Shown here one piece after another: positions 11,923 to 21,950 of a DNA stretch of 64,000 nt. The position numbers were made by a program, and so were the translations under genes. How positions within the stretch are numbered: the stretch's first letter is position 1; every line of letters begins with the position of its first letter. The notes under the pieces are model-generated. The model had not been told where the DNA came from and made no database searches. It was given only the letters and a program-made list of their open reading frames with translations. The stretch comes from an uncultured Gammaproteobacteria bacterium (GTDB lineage Bacteria; Pseudomonadota; Gammaproteobacteria; UBA9214), in NCBI GenBank assembly GCA_963773065.1, contig CAVYZN010000028.1, forward strand, positions 32,001 to 96,000, given 5' to 3'.

Positions 11923-13330
11923 ATGACAGAACGATCCAAAACACTCGCGAAGCTGCCCGAAGGGTTCATCGGGGCGCTCCGCGCCGGGCTCCGGGGCCAG
12001 GTCCTGACCCAGGAAGATGCCGGATACGACGAGGCTCGCGCCGTGTACAACGCGATGATCCAGCGCAGGCCGGGTGCGATCGCGCGGGTCGCGGACGTGG
12101 CGGACGTCATCGCGTGCGTCAACGCCGCGCGCGAGGCGGGCGTGCTGGTCGCGGTGCGCGGGGGTGGCCACAACGCGGGCGGTCTCGGTGTCGTCGACGG
12201 CGGTCTCGTCGTCGACCTCTGCGGTCTACGCGGCATTCGCGTTGACCCGCGGGCCCGCACCGTCCGCGTGGAAGGCGGCGCCACGTGGGGCGAACGTCGA
12301 CCACGCCACACATCCCTTCGGCCTGGCCACACCGTGCGGCTTCATCTCGACCACCGGCGTGGGCGGGCTGACACTCGGTGGCGGCACCGGCAATCTCACG
12401 CGAAGTTGCGGGCTGACGATCGACAATCTGATTTCCGCCGACGTGGTGCTTGCGGATGGGCGCATGGTTACGACAAGCGCCGACGAGCACCCCGACCTTT
12501 TTTGGGCGCTTCGCGGTGGCGGGGGCAACTTCGGCATCGTCACATCGTTCCTGTTCCGCGCCCATCCCGTGAGCATGGTCATCGGCGGCCCCACGTTCTG
12601 GGCGCTCGAGCAGGCCGAGGACGCCCTGCGCGGGTTTCAGAATCTGATCGAAAACGCACCGGAGGAGCTCGGCGGGTTCTTCGCGTTCCTCACCGTGCCG
12701 CCCGTACCGCCGTTCCCGGAGGACCTCCACGGCCGCAAGGTCGCTGGCGTCGTGTGGTGTTTCAACGGGCGCCAGGAGGCCTTCGACCGAACCGTCAACC
12801 CGCTCATCTCGGCCGTGCCGCCGTTACTCCACGCGCCTCACGAGCTCCCTTACCCGGCGCTCCAGTCGTTCTTCGACCCGCTCTATCCGGCTGGGCTCCA
12901 GTGGTACTGGCGCGCGGACTTCATGGGCAGGCTCTCGGACGACGCCATCCGCGAGCACGTGCGGCACGGGGCCACGCTGCCGACGGGGCACTCGACGGTA
13001 CACCTCTACCCATTGAATGGCGCGGCCGCGCGCGTGGGCGCGGGCGACACGGCGTACCGCCACCGCGACGCGTTCTGGTCGCAGGTCATCGTGGGCGTCG
13101 ACCCCGACCCAGGCAACGCCGACACCCTTCGCGACTGGACGGTCGGCTACTACGAGGCGCTCCACCCGTTCTCGACGGGCGCGGCCTACGTGAATTTCAT
13201 GATGGACGAGGGCGCGGATCGCATCCGCGCGACCTATGGGGCGAACTACGATCGCCTCGCGAAGATCAAGCGGCAGTATGACCCCGACAACTTCTTCCGC
13301 GTGAACCAGAACGTGCCGCCGGCCGCGTAG
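11923..13330 (+). CDS. FAD-binding oxidoreductase, berberine-bridge/VAO family (frameshift near 12290)
   Basis: RGGGHN covalent-FAD His motif, GVGGLTLGGG, ALRGGGGNFGIVT and the BBE tail YGANYDRLAKIKRQYDPDN. Confidence 0.9.
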
Positions 13331-13348
13331 CGTCCACCCAAGGAGATA

Positions 13349-14182
13349 ATGGACATGCCACTCTATCTGGATCGTCACTACATTGAAAATATAACCCGCG
13401 AGGTCATTGCCGATGCTCATGAAAAAGATCTGGAGATCCAGGGGAAATATGGGGTTAATTTCCTGACGTATTGGATTGATGAGCCGCGATGTACCACTTT
13501 CTGCCTGGTGGACGCACCCAATAGGGAAGCAATCCGGAAAGCTCATGCGGAAGCGCACGGGGCCGTGCCCAGTGAAATCATCGAAGTCGAATCCAGTGAG
13601 GTCGAGGCCTTCCTGGGTAGAATCAAAGACCCGGTGCTGATAGAAGCGGGGGTAACGTGGGGCAGCGTACCCAGAGACTCGGCCTTTCGTGCGATCATGT
13701 TCACCGACTTGAAGGACTCAACCGCGATGACTACCCAGCTGGGTGACAAGAAGTCGCTGCACTTGCTCCACATTCACAATGCGGTCACCCGCAATGCACT
13801 CCGCGACTACGCGGGTCGAGAGGTGAAGCATCTAGGGGATGGCATCATGGCTTCCTTCGCGTCCATGACGCAGTCTGTCGAATGTGCCATAGCGATTCAG
13901 AGCGCGTTTGCAACGTATAACAGCGAGCACCCGGAGGCCCAATTGCATCTGCGGATTGGCCTGAGCGCCGGTGAACCGGTGGAAGAGGACCACGATTTGT
14001 TTGGGGCAACGGTCCAGTTGGCGGCCCGCCTCTGCGCTCATGCCGAGCCCGATCAGATTCTGGTGGCGCAAAATGTTGTGGAGAACTATTCGGGCGAGAA
14101 ATCGCTGTTCTCTGAGGCAGGCCAGATCACGCTCAAAGGTTTTGATCAACCTGTGCACGTGTATGTTGTCAAATGGCGGTGA
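13349..14182 (+). CDS. DUF4242 (SCO4226-like) domain fused to a class III adenylate/guanylate cyclase domain
   Basis: N-terminal AH-x-x-D, YW, FCLVDAP, H-x-x-AHG; C-terminal IMFTDLKDST, KHLGDGIMA, RIGLSAGE and DLFGATVQLAARL. Confidence 0.85.
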   Translation: MDMPLYLDRHYIENITREVIADAHEKDLEIQGKYGVNFLTYWIDEPRCTTFCLVDAPNREAIRKAHAEAHGAVPSEIIEVESSEVEAFLGRIKDPVLIEAGVTWGSVPRDSAFRAIMFTDLKDSTAMTTQLGDKKSLHLLHIHNAVTRNALRDYAGREVKHLGDGIMASFASMTQSVECAIAIQSAFATYNSEHPEAQLHLRIGLSAGEPVEEDHDLFGATVQLAARLCAHAEPDQILVAQNVVENYSGEKSLFSEAGQITLKGFDQPVHVYVVKWR

Positions 14183-15025
14183 ACGGAAAGGAAACGGATG
14201 GGAAACGGATGGGGTCAGACTCGATTGATCGGATGTGAATTTCCCTATTGGGAATGGATGGTGGATGGGAATCAATCGAAGGAAATGGGGGACAGACCAC
14301 GTTTTGACTAAAAACGTGGTCTGTCCCCCATTTCGCCCCGGCTTTGCCGGTCTTCCCGCATTTCCGGGCATGACGCGTCGTTGCAGCATGCAGGAGACTT
14401 CTACCTTGAAGCGGTCGTTACCCAGGGCGTAATTGCCATTGGTGGCGGTACGAATTTCAGCGATCAGGTTAAGGTCAATGCCGGTGTCAAACAGACGCCG
14501 GTAATTGGCAAGACGCGATGCCTCCGTCTCGACGAGCGCCAGGTATTCGGCATGCGGCGTCAGCCCGTCTCGGCGCGAGCCCTGACCGTTGGCAGGGTAG
14601 CTTGACCAGCGGTATTCCGCCGGGTGTGTCGCCATGCCGGCGCGCACCGGGTTCATTTCGATATACCGGTAACAGGCGAGTACATAGGTGCTTTCCTGAA
14701 CCAGGCAGGAACGGAAGCGGCCTTCCCAGAGAGTGCCGCTGCGCCGGTAGCTGCGGTTGATGTATTGGATATAACGCTGACCGAGGTGTTTCATCAATAG
14801 CGCGGCGCTATTATGTCGTTCCGGGGTGAGGAGCAGGTGTACATGATTTGTCATCTGGCAATAGGCATGTATCCTGCAGCCATAGTTAACAGCCTGCTGA
14901 GCCAGGGTATCGAGATAATAGTAGTGGTAATCGCTGTGGTCGTAGAAGCAGGCGGTGCGATTATTGCCACGCTGGATGATATGCCAAGGTATGCACGGTA
15001 CGACCAGACGGGCACGACGCGGCAT
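13832..15025 (-). CDS. REP-associated tyrosine (HUH Y1, IS200-like) transposase; conserved part ends near 14340 and the ORF reads on through the repeats
   Basis: MPRRAR, HIIQRGNNR, YCQMTNHVHLL (HUH), LWEGRF, YIEMNPVRA (catalytic Tyr) and YRWSS; flanked by palindromic repeats. Confidence 0.9.
   Translation of the reverse strand: MPRRARLVVPCIPWHIIQRGNNRTACFYDHSDYHYYYLDTLAQQAVNYGCRIHAYCQMTNHVHLLLTPERHNSAALLMKHLGQRYIQYINRSYRRSGTLWEGRFRSCLVQESTYVLACYRYIEMNPVRAGMATHPAEYRWSSYPANGQGSRRDGLTPHAEYLALVETEASRLANYRRLFDTGIDLNLIAEIRTATNGNYALGNDRFKVEVSCMLQRRVMPGNAGRPAKPGRNGGQTTFLVKTWSVPHFLRLIPIHHPFPIGKFTSDQSSLTPSVSHPFPFRSPPFDNIHVHRLIKTFERDLACLREQRFLARIVLHNILRHQNLIGLGMSAEAGRQLDRCPKQIVVLFHRFTGAQANPQMQLGLRVLAVIRCKRALNRYGTFDRLRHGREGSHDAIP
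14207..14334. repeat. REP/REPIN cluster downstream of the RAYT
   Basis: GGATGGGGTCAGACTCGATTGAT ... ATCAATCGA, then the perfect palindrome GAAATGGGGGACAGACCACGTTTT-GACTA-AAAACGTGGTCTGTCCCCCATTTC. Confidence 0.9.
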
Positions 15026-15090
15026 ATGAGGTACCTGTATCAGGACAGATCGAGTGTCGTGATGGTGGACGCATGGACAAGGAGGGTCTG

Positions 15091-16611
15091 TCAGTCACGC
15101 GAGTACCGTCGCGTCAGGAAACCATGGAAACGTGGTCTGTCCCCCATTTGCCACACCAGCAGCAGGCACATCACGGTCAGGATCACGACGGGCGTATTGC
15201 CCAACAGCACATAAGGCGTCGCGCCCTGGCGGGGCGTGACGGTTCCCGTGACCACCGCCTCCTCGAACTGGCGGCTGCGGGCGATGACCCGGCCGTTCTC
15301 ATCGATGATCGCGGATATGCCCGTATTGGTGGCTCGCAGCATGGGCCGGCCGGTTTCCTTGGACCGCAGCCGCGCCATTTCCAGGTGCTGGTGCGGCGCG
15401 AGCGAATCGCCAAACCAGCCATCGTTGCTCACGTTGACCAGCAAGGCGGCCTGCGGCAGTGCCCGACGGATCTCCTCGCCGAATACCACCTCGAAACAGA
15501 TCGAGGTGGCCACGGGATAGCCGGCGGCCTCCAGCAGGGGTTGCGTCGCCTCCCCGCCGGAGAAATCCGCATTCGGCACCGCCAGGGCGTCCAGGCTGTC
15601 GCCCAGCACCCGGCGCAGCGGCAGGTACTCGCCGAACGGCACCAGGTGCTGCTTGTAGTAGAAGCGCCGTTCCCCGCCGATGGACACCACGCTGTTGTAG
15701 TAGCGCCAGGTGGCCTGGTCCAGCACCGGAATTCCGGTCAGCAGCACGGCGCCCGACTGGCGCAGCCCGGTTTCGATTTGCGGGATGAGGCTGTCCTGCA
15801 CCTGGTCATAAAACGCGGGTATGGCGGTTTCGGGCCAGACCACCACATCCGTCGCCGGCAATTTGAAGGTGAGTTCCGTATAGCGCGTCAGGGTATGGGT
15901 CAGGTTTCCCGGCGCCCATTTGGTTTCCTGGGCGATGTTCCCCTGAACCAGCGCCACCTTGAGAGGCGCGCCGCGCGCTTCGGTCCATGCAACACGGTCG
16001 AGCAGGTAGCCGCCCGCCCAGATCACGCAGAGGACGATCAGACTCGGCAGGCGCGCCCGGTTTCGCACCAGCGCCACCAGCAAGGCGGCCGTCAGCGCCA
16101 CGGCCAGCCCGACGCCATAGACTCCCGAGAGCGGCGCGTAGCCGGCCAGCGGGCCGTCAATCTGGCTGCTCCCGACAGTCAGCCAGGGAAAACCGGTGAA
16201 CAGCCAGCCGCGCAGCCATTCACTCAGCACCCAGCCGGCCGGAAACGCGACCAGGAGCCGCCAGTCCGCAGCCGGCAGGCAGCGCTTGAGACAATAACCC
16301 AGCAAGGCGGGATACAGGCTCAGAAAGACCACCAGCGCCACCGTCACCAGCACGGCAGCCGGCGCGGGTACATGCCCGTAGGTATGCACGCTGACGTACA
16401 CCCAGGAAACACCCGCGCCGAAGTACCCCAGTCCGAACAGGACACCGTGGCGCAAAGCCTGGCGCGGGCTATCCCGCAGCCACTGGTTGAACAGCACGGC
16501 GAGCGACAGAAACGCGAGCGGGTACCAGCCCAGGGGGGCGAAGGCGGTCACGCCCAGCGCGCCGGCAATCAGCACGAAGATCCCGCCGAAGCGGACAGTC
16601 AGGTTGGTCAC
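15091..16611 (-). CDS. lnt: Apolipoprotein N-acyltransferase
   Basis: GFPW, VQGNI, WPETA, KQHLVPFGEY, ICFE, SNDGWFG and RATNTG motifs. Confidence 0.96.
   Translation of the reverse strand: MTNLTVRFGGIFVLIAGALGVTAFAPLGWYPLAFLSLAVLFNQWLRDSPRQALRHGVLFGLGYFGAGVSWVYVSVHTYGHVPAPAAVLVTVALVVFLSLYPALLGYCLKRCLPAADWRLLVAFPAGWVLSEWLRGWLFTGFPWLTVGSSQIDGPLAGYAPLSGVYGVGLAVALTAALLVALVRNRARLPSLIVLCVIWAGGYLLDRVAWTEARGAPLKVALVQGNIAQETKWAPGNLTHTLTRYTELTFKLPATDVVVWPETAIPAFYDQVQDSLIPQIETGLRQSGAVLLTGIPVLDQATWRYYNSVVSIGGERRFYYKQHLVPFGEYLPLRRVLGDSLDALAVPNADFSGGEATQPLLEAAGYPVATSICFEVVFGEEIRRALPQAALLVNVSNDGWFGDSLAPHQHLEMARLRSKETGRPMLRATNTGISAIIDENGRVIARSRQFEEAVVTGTVTPRQGATPYVLLGNTPVVILTVMCLLLVWQMGDRPRFHGFLTRRYSRD
15128..15148. 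repeat. REP copy upstream of the RAYT, overlapping the lnt 3' end
   Basis: AAACGTGGTCTGTCCCCATTT, nearly identical to 14312-14333. Confidence 0.85.
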
Positions 16612-17498
16612 AAGGCGACGGTTTCCCCGGTGTCTTTGTCCTCGTCCCCGGCCGTTTTGGGCAACAGGGTGAGCTGCAGCATATGCACGCGACGATTGTC
16701 GGCGCGCAGGATTCTGAAGAGGTGGTTATCGATGACGATACGCTCGCCGCGCCGCGGGAGATGGCCGAAACGGTGCACCACGAAGCCGCCGATGGTATCG
16801 AACTCTTCATCCGAATAATTCGTACCGAAATAGTCGTTGAAATCCTCGATCGGCGTCAGGGCCTTGACGGTGTAATGCACCGTGCTGTGTTTGCGGATGG
16901 TTGCTTCCTCCTCCACGTCATGCTCGTCCTCGATCTCGCCGACGATCTGCTCCAGCACGTCCTCGATGGTGACGATGCCGGCGACGCCGCCGTACTCATC
17001 CACGACGATGGCCATGTGATTGCGGTTGGAACGGAAGTCCTTCAACAACACATTGAGCCGCTTGCTTTCCGGGACAAACACGGCGGGACGCAGCAGTTCA
17101 CGCACATTGAAGCGCTGGTCGGTGCGCTCGATGAAATGCAGCAGCAGATCCTTCGCCAGCAATATGCCCACCACCTCATCCCGGCTGTCGCCGATAACCG
17201 GGTAGCGCGAATGTCCGGTCTCGACGATGCTGCGCAGCAGTTGCTGCGGATTGGCGTCCCGCTCCAGCATGTCTACCTGGGAGCGGGGTATCATGATGTC
17301 ACGCACCCGCATGTCATCGACCTGCAGCACGCCCTCGATCATGGCCAGCACATCGGGATCGAACAGGTTTCTGCGCTGCGCGGTGCGCAGCAGCTCGACC
17401 AGTTGCTCGCTGTCATCGGGAACCCATAGCAGGGAGCGCTTCAGCCGGGAAACCAGGGTGTGCGTCGGATGGGTGCTTAACGGACGTACCTTGTTCAT
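16608..17498 (-). CDS. corC: CBS-domain Mg/Co efflux protein CorC (YbeX)
   Basis: [29 protein letters not shown] and a CorC_HlyC tail. Confidence 0.93.
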   Translation of the reverse strand: MNKVRPLSTHPTHTLVSRLKRSLLWVPDDSEQLVELLRTAQRRNLFDPDVLAMIEGVLQVDDMRVRDIMIPRSQVDMLERDANPQQLLRSIVETGHSRYPVIGDSRDEVVGILLAKDLLLHFIERTDQRFNVRELLRPAVFVPESKRLNVLLKDFRSNRNHMAIVVDEYGGVAGIVTIEDVLEQIVGEIEDEHDVEEEATIRKHSTVHYTVKALTPIEDFNDYFGTNYSDEEFDTIGGFVVHRFGHLPRRGERIVIDNHLFRILRADNRRVHMLQLTLLPKTAGDEDKDTGETVAL

Positions 17499-17643
17499 TT
17501 ATAATCAGTCAGTTGTGTAACCATTGTAACAATATTCTTACAACCTGGCGGAAGGCGGGAATGCCGTCTGCCCTTTAATTCTGGGACAGGCAAGGCCGAT
17601 TTCCAAGGCGCGGCGGGAGCGTGTCATCGCCTTGCGATCCGCC

Positions 17644-18102
17644 TCACGCATAGGGGTCCGCAAATCCCAGGCCGGCCAGCAGCCGCGCTTCGAGCGTTTC
17701 CATGCGCCGTGCTTCGCTGTCGTCGTGATGATCATAGCCCTGCAGATGCAATACGCCATGCATCACCAGGTGCGCCCAGTGCGCTTCCAAAGACTTGCGC
17801 TGCCTTACGGCTTCCGCCGCCACCACCGGCGCGCAGATGACCACATCCCCGAGCAGGCCGGAAGTCACACCGGGCAGTGTTTCGTAGGGAAACGACAGCA
17901 CATTGGTCACACCCGACTTGCCGCGATAGCGGTGATTGAGCGCGGTCATCTCCGCCACATCCACGATGCGCACCACCAGTTCCGCCGCCTCCGCTCCGCC
18001 CCGCAGGGCATGCGCCGCCCAGCGCCGTATGGCCTCGGCCGAGGGCAGCGAATCACCGGCGAGGGCAAACTGGACTTCGATAGCAGGCGCCCCCTCGGTC
18101 AT
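17644..18102 (-). CDS. ybeY: rRNA maturation endoribonuclease YbeY
   Basis: TNVLSF and [11 protein letters not shown] motifs. Confidence 0.96.
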   Translation of the reverse strand: MTEGAPAIEVQFALAGDSLPSAEAIRRWAAHALRGGAEAAELVVRIVDVAEMTALNHRYRGKSGVTNVLSFPYETLPGVTSGLLGDVVICAPVVAAEAVRQRKSLEAHWAHLVMHGVLHLQGYDHHDDSEARRMETLEARLLAGLGFADPYA

Positions 18103-18109
18103 GGCCGCT

Positions 18110-19093
18110 TCATGGTTTGACGGTGTTTGCCCTGTCATAGGCCTCGTACGCCGATATGATCCGCTGCACCAGCGGATGCCGCACCACGTCATGCGATGCA
18201 AAAAAGGTGAAGCTGATGCCAGTCTGCTGTCGGAGCACATCGGTGACCTGGCGCAGGCCAGACTGGGTTTGCTTGGGCAGATCGACCTGGGTAATGTCGC
18301 CCGTCACCACGGCCGTGGAACCGAAACCGATGCGGGTCAGGAACATCTTCATCTGTTCCACCGTGGTGTTCTGCGCCTCATCGAGAATGATGAACGAATC
18401 ATTCAGGCTGCGCCCGCGCATAAAGGCCAGCGGCGCCACTTCGATGACGTTGCGCTCGATGAGTTTGGCGACACGGTCCAACCCGAACATTTCATAAAGC
18501 GCGTCATACAGCGGCCGCAGATAGGGATCCACCTTCTGCACCATGTCGCCAGGCAGGAATCCCAGCCGTTCACCCGCCTCCACGGCCGGGCGCACCAGCA
18601 CCAGCCGGCTGATCTTTTCCTGTTCCAGCGCCTGCACGGCGCAGGCCACGGCCAAATAAGTCTTGCCGGTGCCCGCGGGCCCGATGCCGAAATTCAGATC
18701 GTGTCTCAGGATATTCTGCAGATAATGGCGCTGGTTTATGCCGCGCGGGGTGATAACGGAATGCGGGGTGCGGATCACGATGCCGCGATCATCCTTTGCC
18801 TCGCCGGCATTTTCCGCAGCGGCCTCCTCCTCCTTCAGGTAGAGGTGAATCTTCTCGGGTGTGAGCGATCCCTTCTTGGTTTCCGCGTACAGGCCTTCCA
18901 GTATCCTGGCCGCGCGCGCTACCGAGCCGGTATCGCCGATGATGCGGAACTGGGCGCCACGATTGTTGACCTCCACTCCGAGTCGCTGTTCGAGCTGATG
19001 CAGGTGCTGGTCAAATTGCCCGCACAACTCGGCCAGACGGTCATTGTCCACGGGATCGAGCGCCAAATCGACGGAGTGTATGGGGGAATCCAA
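18110..19093 (-). CDS. ybeZ: PhoH-like ATPase YbeZ (TTG start inferred)
   Basis: [23 protein letters not shown] and DEAQN motifs. Confidence 0.93.
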   Translation of the reverse strand: MDSPIHSVDLALDPVDNDRLAELCGQFDQHLHQLEQRLGVEVNNRGAQFRIIGDTGSVARAARILEGLYAETKKGSLTPEKIHLYLKEEEAAAENAGEAKDDRGIVIRTPHSVITPRGINQRHYLQNILRHDLNFGIGPAGTGKTYLAVACAVQALEQEKISRLVLVRPAVEAGERLGFLPGDMVQKVDPYLRPLYDALYEMFGLDRVAKLIERNVIEVAPLAFMRGRSLNDSFIILDEAQNTTVEQMKMFLTRIGFGSTAVVTGDITQVDLPKQTQSGLRQVTDVLRQQTGISFTFFASHDVVRHPLVQRIISAYEAYDRANTVKP

Positions 19094-19100
19094 TAGCGTC

Positions 19101-20471
19101 TCAGGCGCCGACGGCGGCCATGCCGGTCTTGTTTGCCACGGCTTCCGTTGCAACAACGTCACCGCGCAGTGAATTCGGCAGGGCTTCGGTAATGCGCACC
19201 TCGACGAAGCGCCCGATCAGCGCGGGGTCGGCATCAAAGTTGACGACGCGATTGTTCTCGGTCCGGCCGCAGAGCTGGTCGGCGCGTTTGCGCGAGGCCC
19301 GTTCGACCAGGACACGTTCGATACGGCCCACCATGTTCCGGCTGATCTCGGCAGCCATGGCGTTAATGCGCGCCTGCAGGCGCGCCAGCCGCCGCTTCTT
19401 GACGGCCAGCGGCACATCATCCGGCAATTCGGCGGCCGGAGTACCGGGGCGCCGGCTGTAGACGAAGCTGAAGGAATGATCAAACCCGACCGCCTCGATC
19501 AGCGCCATGGTCTGTTCGAAGTCCGCCTCGGTTTCGCCCGGAAATCCGACGATGAAATCCGACGACAGGCTGATCCCGGGACGCGCCTCCCGCAGGCGAC
19601 GGATGATCGAGCGGTATTCCAGCGCGGTGTGATTGCGCTTCATCAGCGCCAGCACGCGATCAGAGCCGCTCTGCACCGGAAGATGCAGGTGCCCGGCCAG
19701 TTCCGGCAACTCGGCATAGGCCTGGATCAGGCCGTCGCTCATCTCCAGCGGGTGCGAGGTCGTGTAGCGGATGCGGTCGATGCCATCGACGGCCGCAAGA
19801 TAGGTAATCAGCAGCGCCAAGTCGGCGCTATCACCGTCATGCAGCGCCCCGCGGTAGGCGTTGACGTTCTGTCCCAGCAGGGTGATCTCGCGCACGCCCT
19901 GTTCGGCCAGCGCCACGCACTCGGCGATGATGTCGTCGAAGGGACGGCTGATTTCCTCACCGCGCGTGTAAGGTACCACGCAGAAACTGCAGTACTTGCT
20001 GCAGCCCTCCATGATGGAAACGAACGCCGTCGGACCCACGGCGCGCGGCGCCGGCAGGCAGTCGAACTTCTCGACCTCGGGAAAACTCACATCGATGACC
20101 GGTCGGTGCGCACGCCGCGCCTCGTCCAGCATCTGCGGCAGACGATGCAGCGTCTGCGGCCCGAATACCAGATCGACATAGGGCGCCCGGTCGCGAATGG
20201 CTTCCCCTTCCTGGCTGGCTACGCAGCCCCCGACACCGATCACCAGGGCCGGCTTGCGATCCTTCAGTTCCTTCCAGCGGCCCAGCTCGGAGAAGACCTT
20301 TTCCTGCGCCTTTTCGCGGATGGAGCAGGTATTGAGCAGTAATACATCCGCCAAGGCGGGATCATGCACCACCTCGAACTGGTGCGAGACCGCGAGCACG
20401 TCCGCCATCCGTGAGGAATCGTACTCGTTCATCTGGCAACCGTGGGTTTTGATATAGAGTTTGCGTGTCAT
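19101..20471 (-). CDS. miaB: tRNA-2-methylthio-N6-dimethylallyladenosine synthase
   Basis: [16 protein letters not shown], radical SAM CxxxCxxC (GCSKYCSFC) and a TRAM tail. Confidence 0.97.
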   Translation of the reverse strand: MTRKLYIKTHGCQMNEYDSSRMADVLAVSHQFEVVHDPALADVLLLNTCSIREKAQEKVFSELGRWKELKDRKPALVIGVGGCVASQEGEAIRDRAPYVDLVFGPQTLHRLPQMLDEARRAHRPVIDVSFPEVEKFDCLPAPRAVGPTAFVSIMEGCSKYCSFCVVPYTRGEEISRPFDDIIAECVALAEQGVREITLLGQNVNAYRGALHDGDSADLALLITYLAAVDGIDRIRYTTSHPLEMSDGLIQAYAELPELAGHLHLPVQSGSDRVLALMKRNHTALEYRSIIRRLREARPGISLSSDFIVGFPGETEADFEQTMALIEAVGFDHSFSFVYSRRPGTPAAELPDDVPLAVKKRRLARLQARINAMAAEISRNMVGRIERVLVERASRKRADQLCGRTENNRVVNFDADPALIGRFVEVRITEALPNSLRGDVVATEAVANKTGMAAVGA

Positions 20472-20644
20472 TCAACTTAAGAAAGGTTTCGGAACTGCCT
20501 CAATATACTTTGTTCACTGGCCTATTTCCATGCGGGATATTCCCGCCGGCGAAACCGGATTGGCCATATAAACACACGGAAAAAATACGAACCCGACGCA
20601 ATGAAGACATTATTATTCCGTGTGCTTCCGTAGCTGAATCAGTA

Positions 20645-21055
20645 GGGAGCCGGCCGGTAAGCCGGGTTCTGTCGTGGACAGCCATTCATCTGGGATGCAC
20701 GTCACCGCGCACCTCAAGCAACCTACCCGGGAACCATGCGGGCCGCATGATCGTTCCCCTATTTGGTCTTGCTCCGGGTGGGGTTTTCCCTGCCACGTCT
20801 GTTGCCAGACGCGCGGTGCGCTCTTACCGCACCATTTCACCCTTACCGACACCAACGCGCCGGCGGTATATTTTCTGTGGCACTTTCCGTAGGCTCGCGC
20901 CTCCCAGGCGTTACCTGGCACCCTGCCCTGTGGAGCCCGGACTTTCCTCCAGGAAAATGGGGGCAGAGTCAATCTTGTTGGTGATAATCAATGCCGAAAA
21001 CTGGCAAAATAATTGACTCTGACCCCATTTTCCCAGCGACTGTCTGGCCGACTCC
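20645..21055 (-). ncRNA. rnpB: RNase P RNA, type A, with an extended P3 helix
   Basis: Conserved GAGGAAAGUCCGGGC, GGAAAGUGCCACAGAAA, AAGGGUGAAA-GGUGCGGUAAGAGCGCACC and ACAGAACCCGGCUUA; P1 ends pair. Confidence 0.97.
20952..21033. repeat. REP-like inverted pair inside rnpB P3
   Basis: GGAAAATGGGGGCAGAGTCAAT (20952-20973) and ATTGACTCTGACCCCATTTTCC (21012-21033): 22 bp arms with 1 mismatch. Confidence 0.85.
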
Positions 21056-21186
21056 CGGTGATGATTATAGATGAATGCACCGGATCCGACAGTGACGGCG
21101 ACGGCTAAACATCATGTTTTAATCAAGAAAAGTGTCCTATCTATCTGTTCTCACTCATGTATGGATCAATCGGATGGGATGCGGCG

Positions 21187-21696
21187 TTACCGCTCCTCGT
21201 CCCGCCAGGGCTTGCGGCTGCCGCGGAACAGTTTACCGATAATCCGGTTGATGAAATTCTCGCGCCTGATCCCCGGGATCAGTACCTGTTTCTCACGCAG
21301 CCCGAATTCGCTCTTGAGATGCAGCAGCCCATTGTGGCTGGCATCGATGCTTAGCCCCCTGCGCAAAGCCGTGTAGGCGCTTTCCCGAAATCCCAGTCTG
21401 TGCTCGGCCACGGCAAGGTTGTAATACACCTCGACATCATAGCGCTCACCGACGGCGGCCTTGCGGCACAGCTTTACACCGTTCTTGTCTCCCAGACAGA
21501 CGCGTGTCAGACCATGGAACGAGGTATAGCGGTTCTGGTAGATGTCATCCATCTCGGCCTGTTCGTCGGCGGTACGGAAAAAATTCAGCGCCCCTTCCCA
21601 GTCCTCATTCCTGAAGCACCTCAGGCCGCTGATGAAATCCTCACGCAAGCGTACCCGGCTGCCTGATTCCCAGGGATCGATTTGCGTCATCAGCAT
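21187..21696 (-). CDS. Hypothetical TPR-like protein
   Basis: Helical repeat pattern (YYNLAVAEHRLG...AYTALRRGL.ID); GGAG RBS. Confidence 0.6.
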   Translation of the reverse strand: MLMTQIDPWESGSRVRLREDFISGLRCFRNEDWEGALNFFRTADEQAEMDDIYQNRYTSFHGLTRVCLGDKNGVKLCRKAAVGERYDVEVYYNLAVAEHRLGFRESAYTALRRGLSIDASHNGLLHLKSEFGLREKQVLIPGIRRENFINRIIGKLFRGSRKPWRDEER

Positions 21697-21950
21697 CTCC
21701 CGATTAATTCGTTTTCTGATAAAACGACACGCGTGCTAAAAACCCGGAACCGGCACACCGGCGCCCCGGCCGCAGGAGATTAAGGTCAGAGATTGAGTCT
21801 GTGCGCCATCCCCGCACCCCGGCGGTAATGATTAATAAAATCATGTAAAAACGCAACCGCGGGGTTGCTTGACGCCATCCCGGGCATGCTTCACCCTTGC
21901 GCCTTCCTCTTCAACCCGATTTCCCGGATGCCGACGTTAAGGTTACCGAG

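Noticed and set aside
11753-11944. 64-aa N-terminal extension of the IS110 ORF given in the ORF track
   Set aside because: It crosses the element end at 11837 into the REP; the real start is the ATG at 11752 with a GGAGG RBS
14183-14334. Repeat cluster as a CRISPR array
   Set aside because: Repeats are inverted and irregular, with no constant repeat-spacer period and no cas genes
21783-21801. GGTCAGAGATTGAGTCTG as another REP copy
   Set aside because: Only a short partial match without the GGGG head or a partner arm
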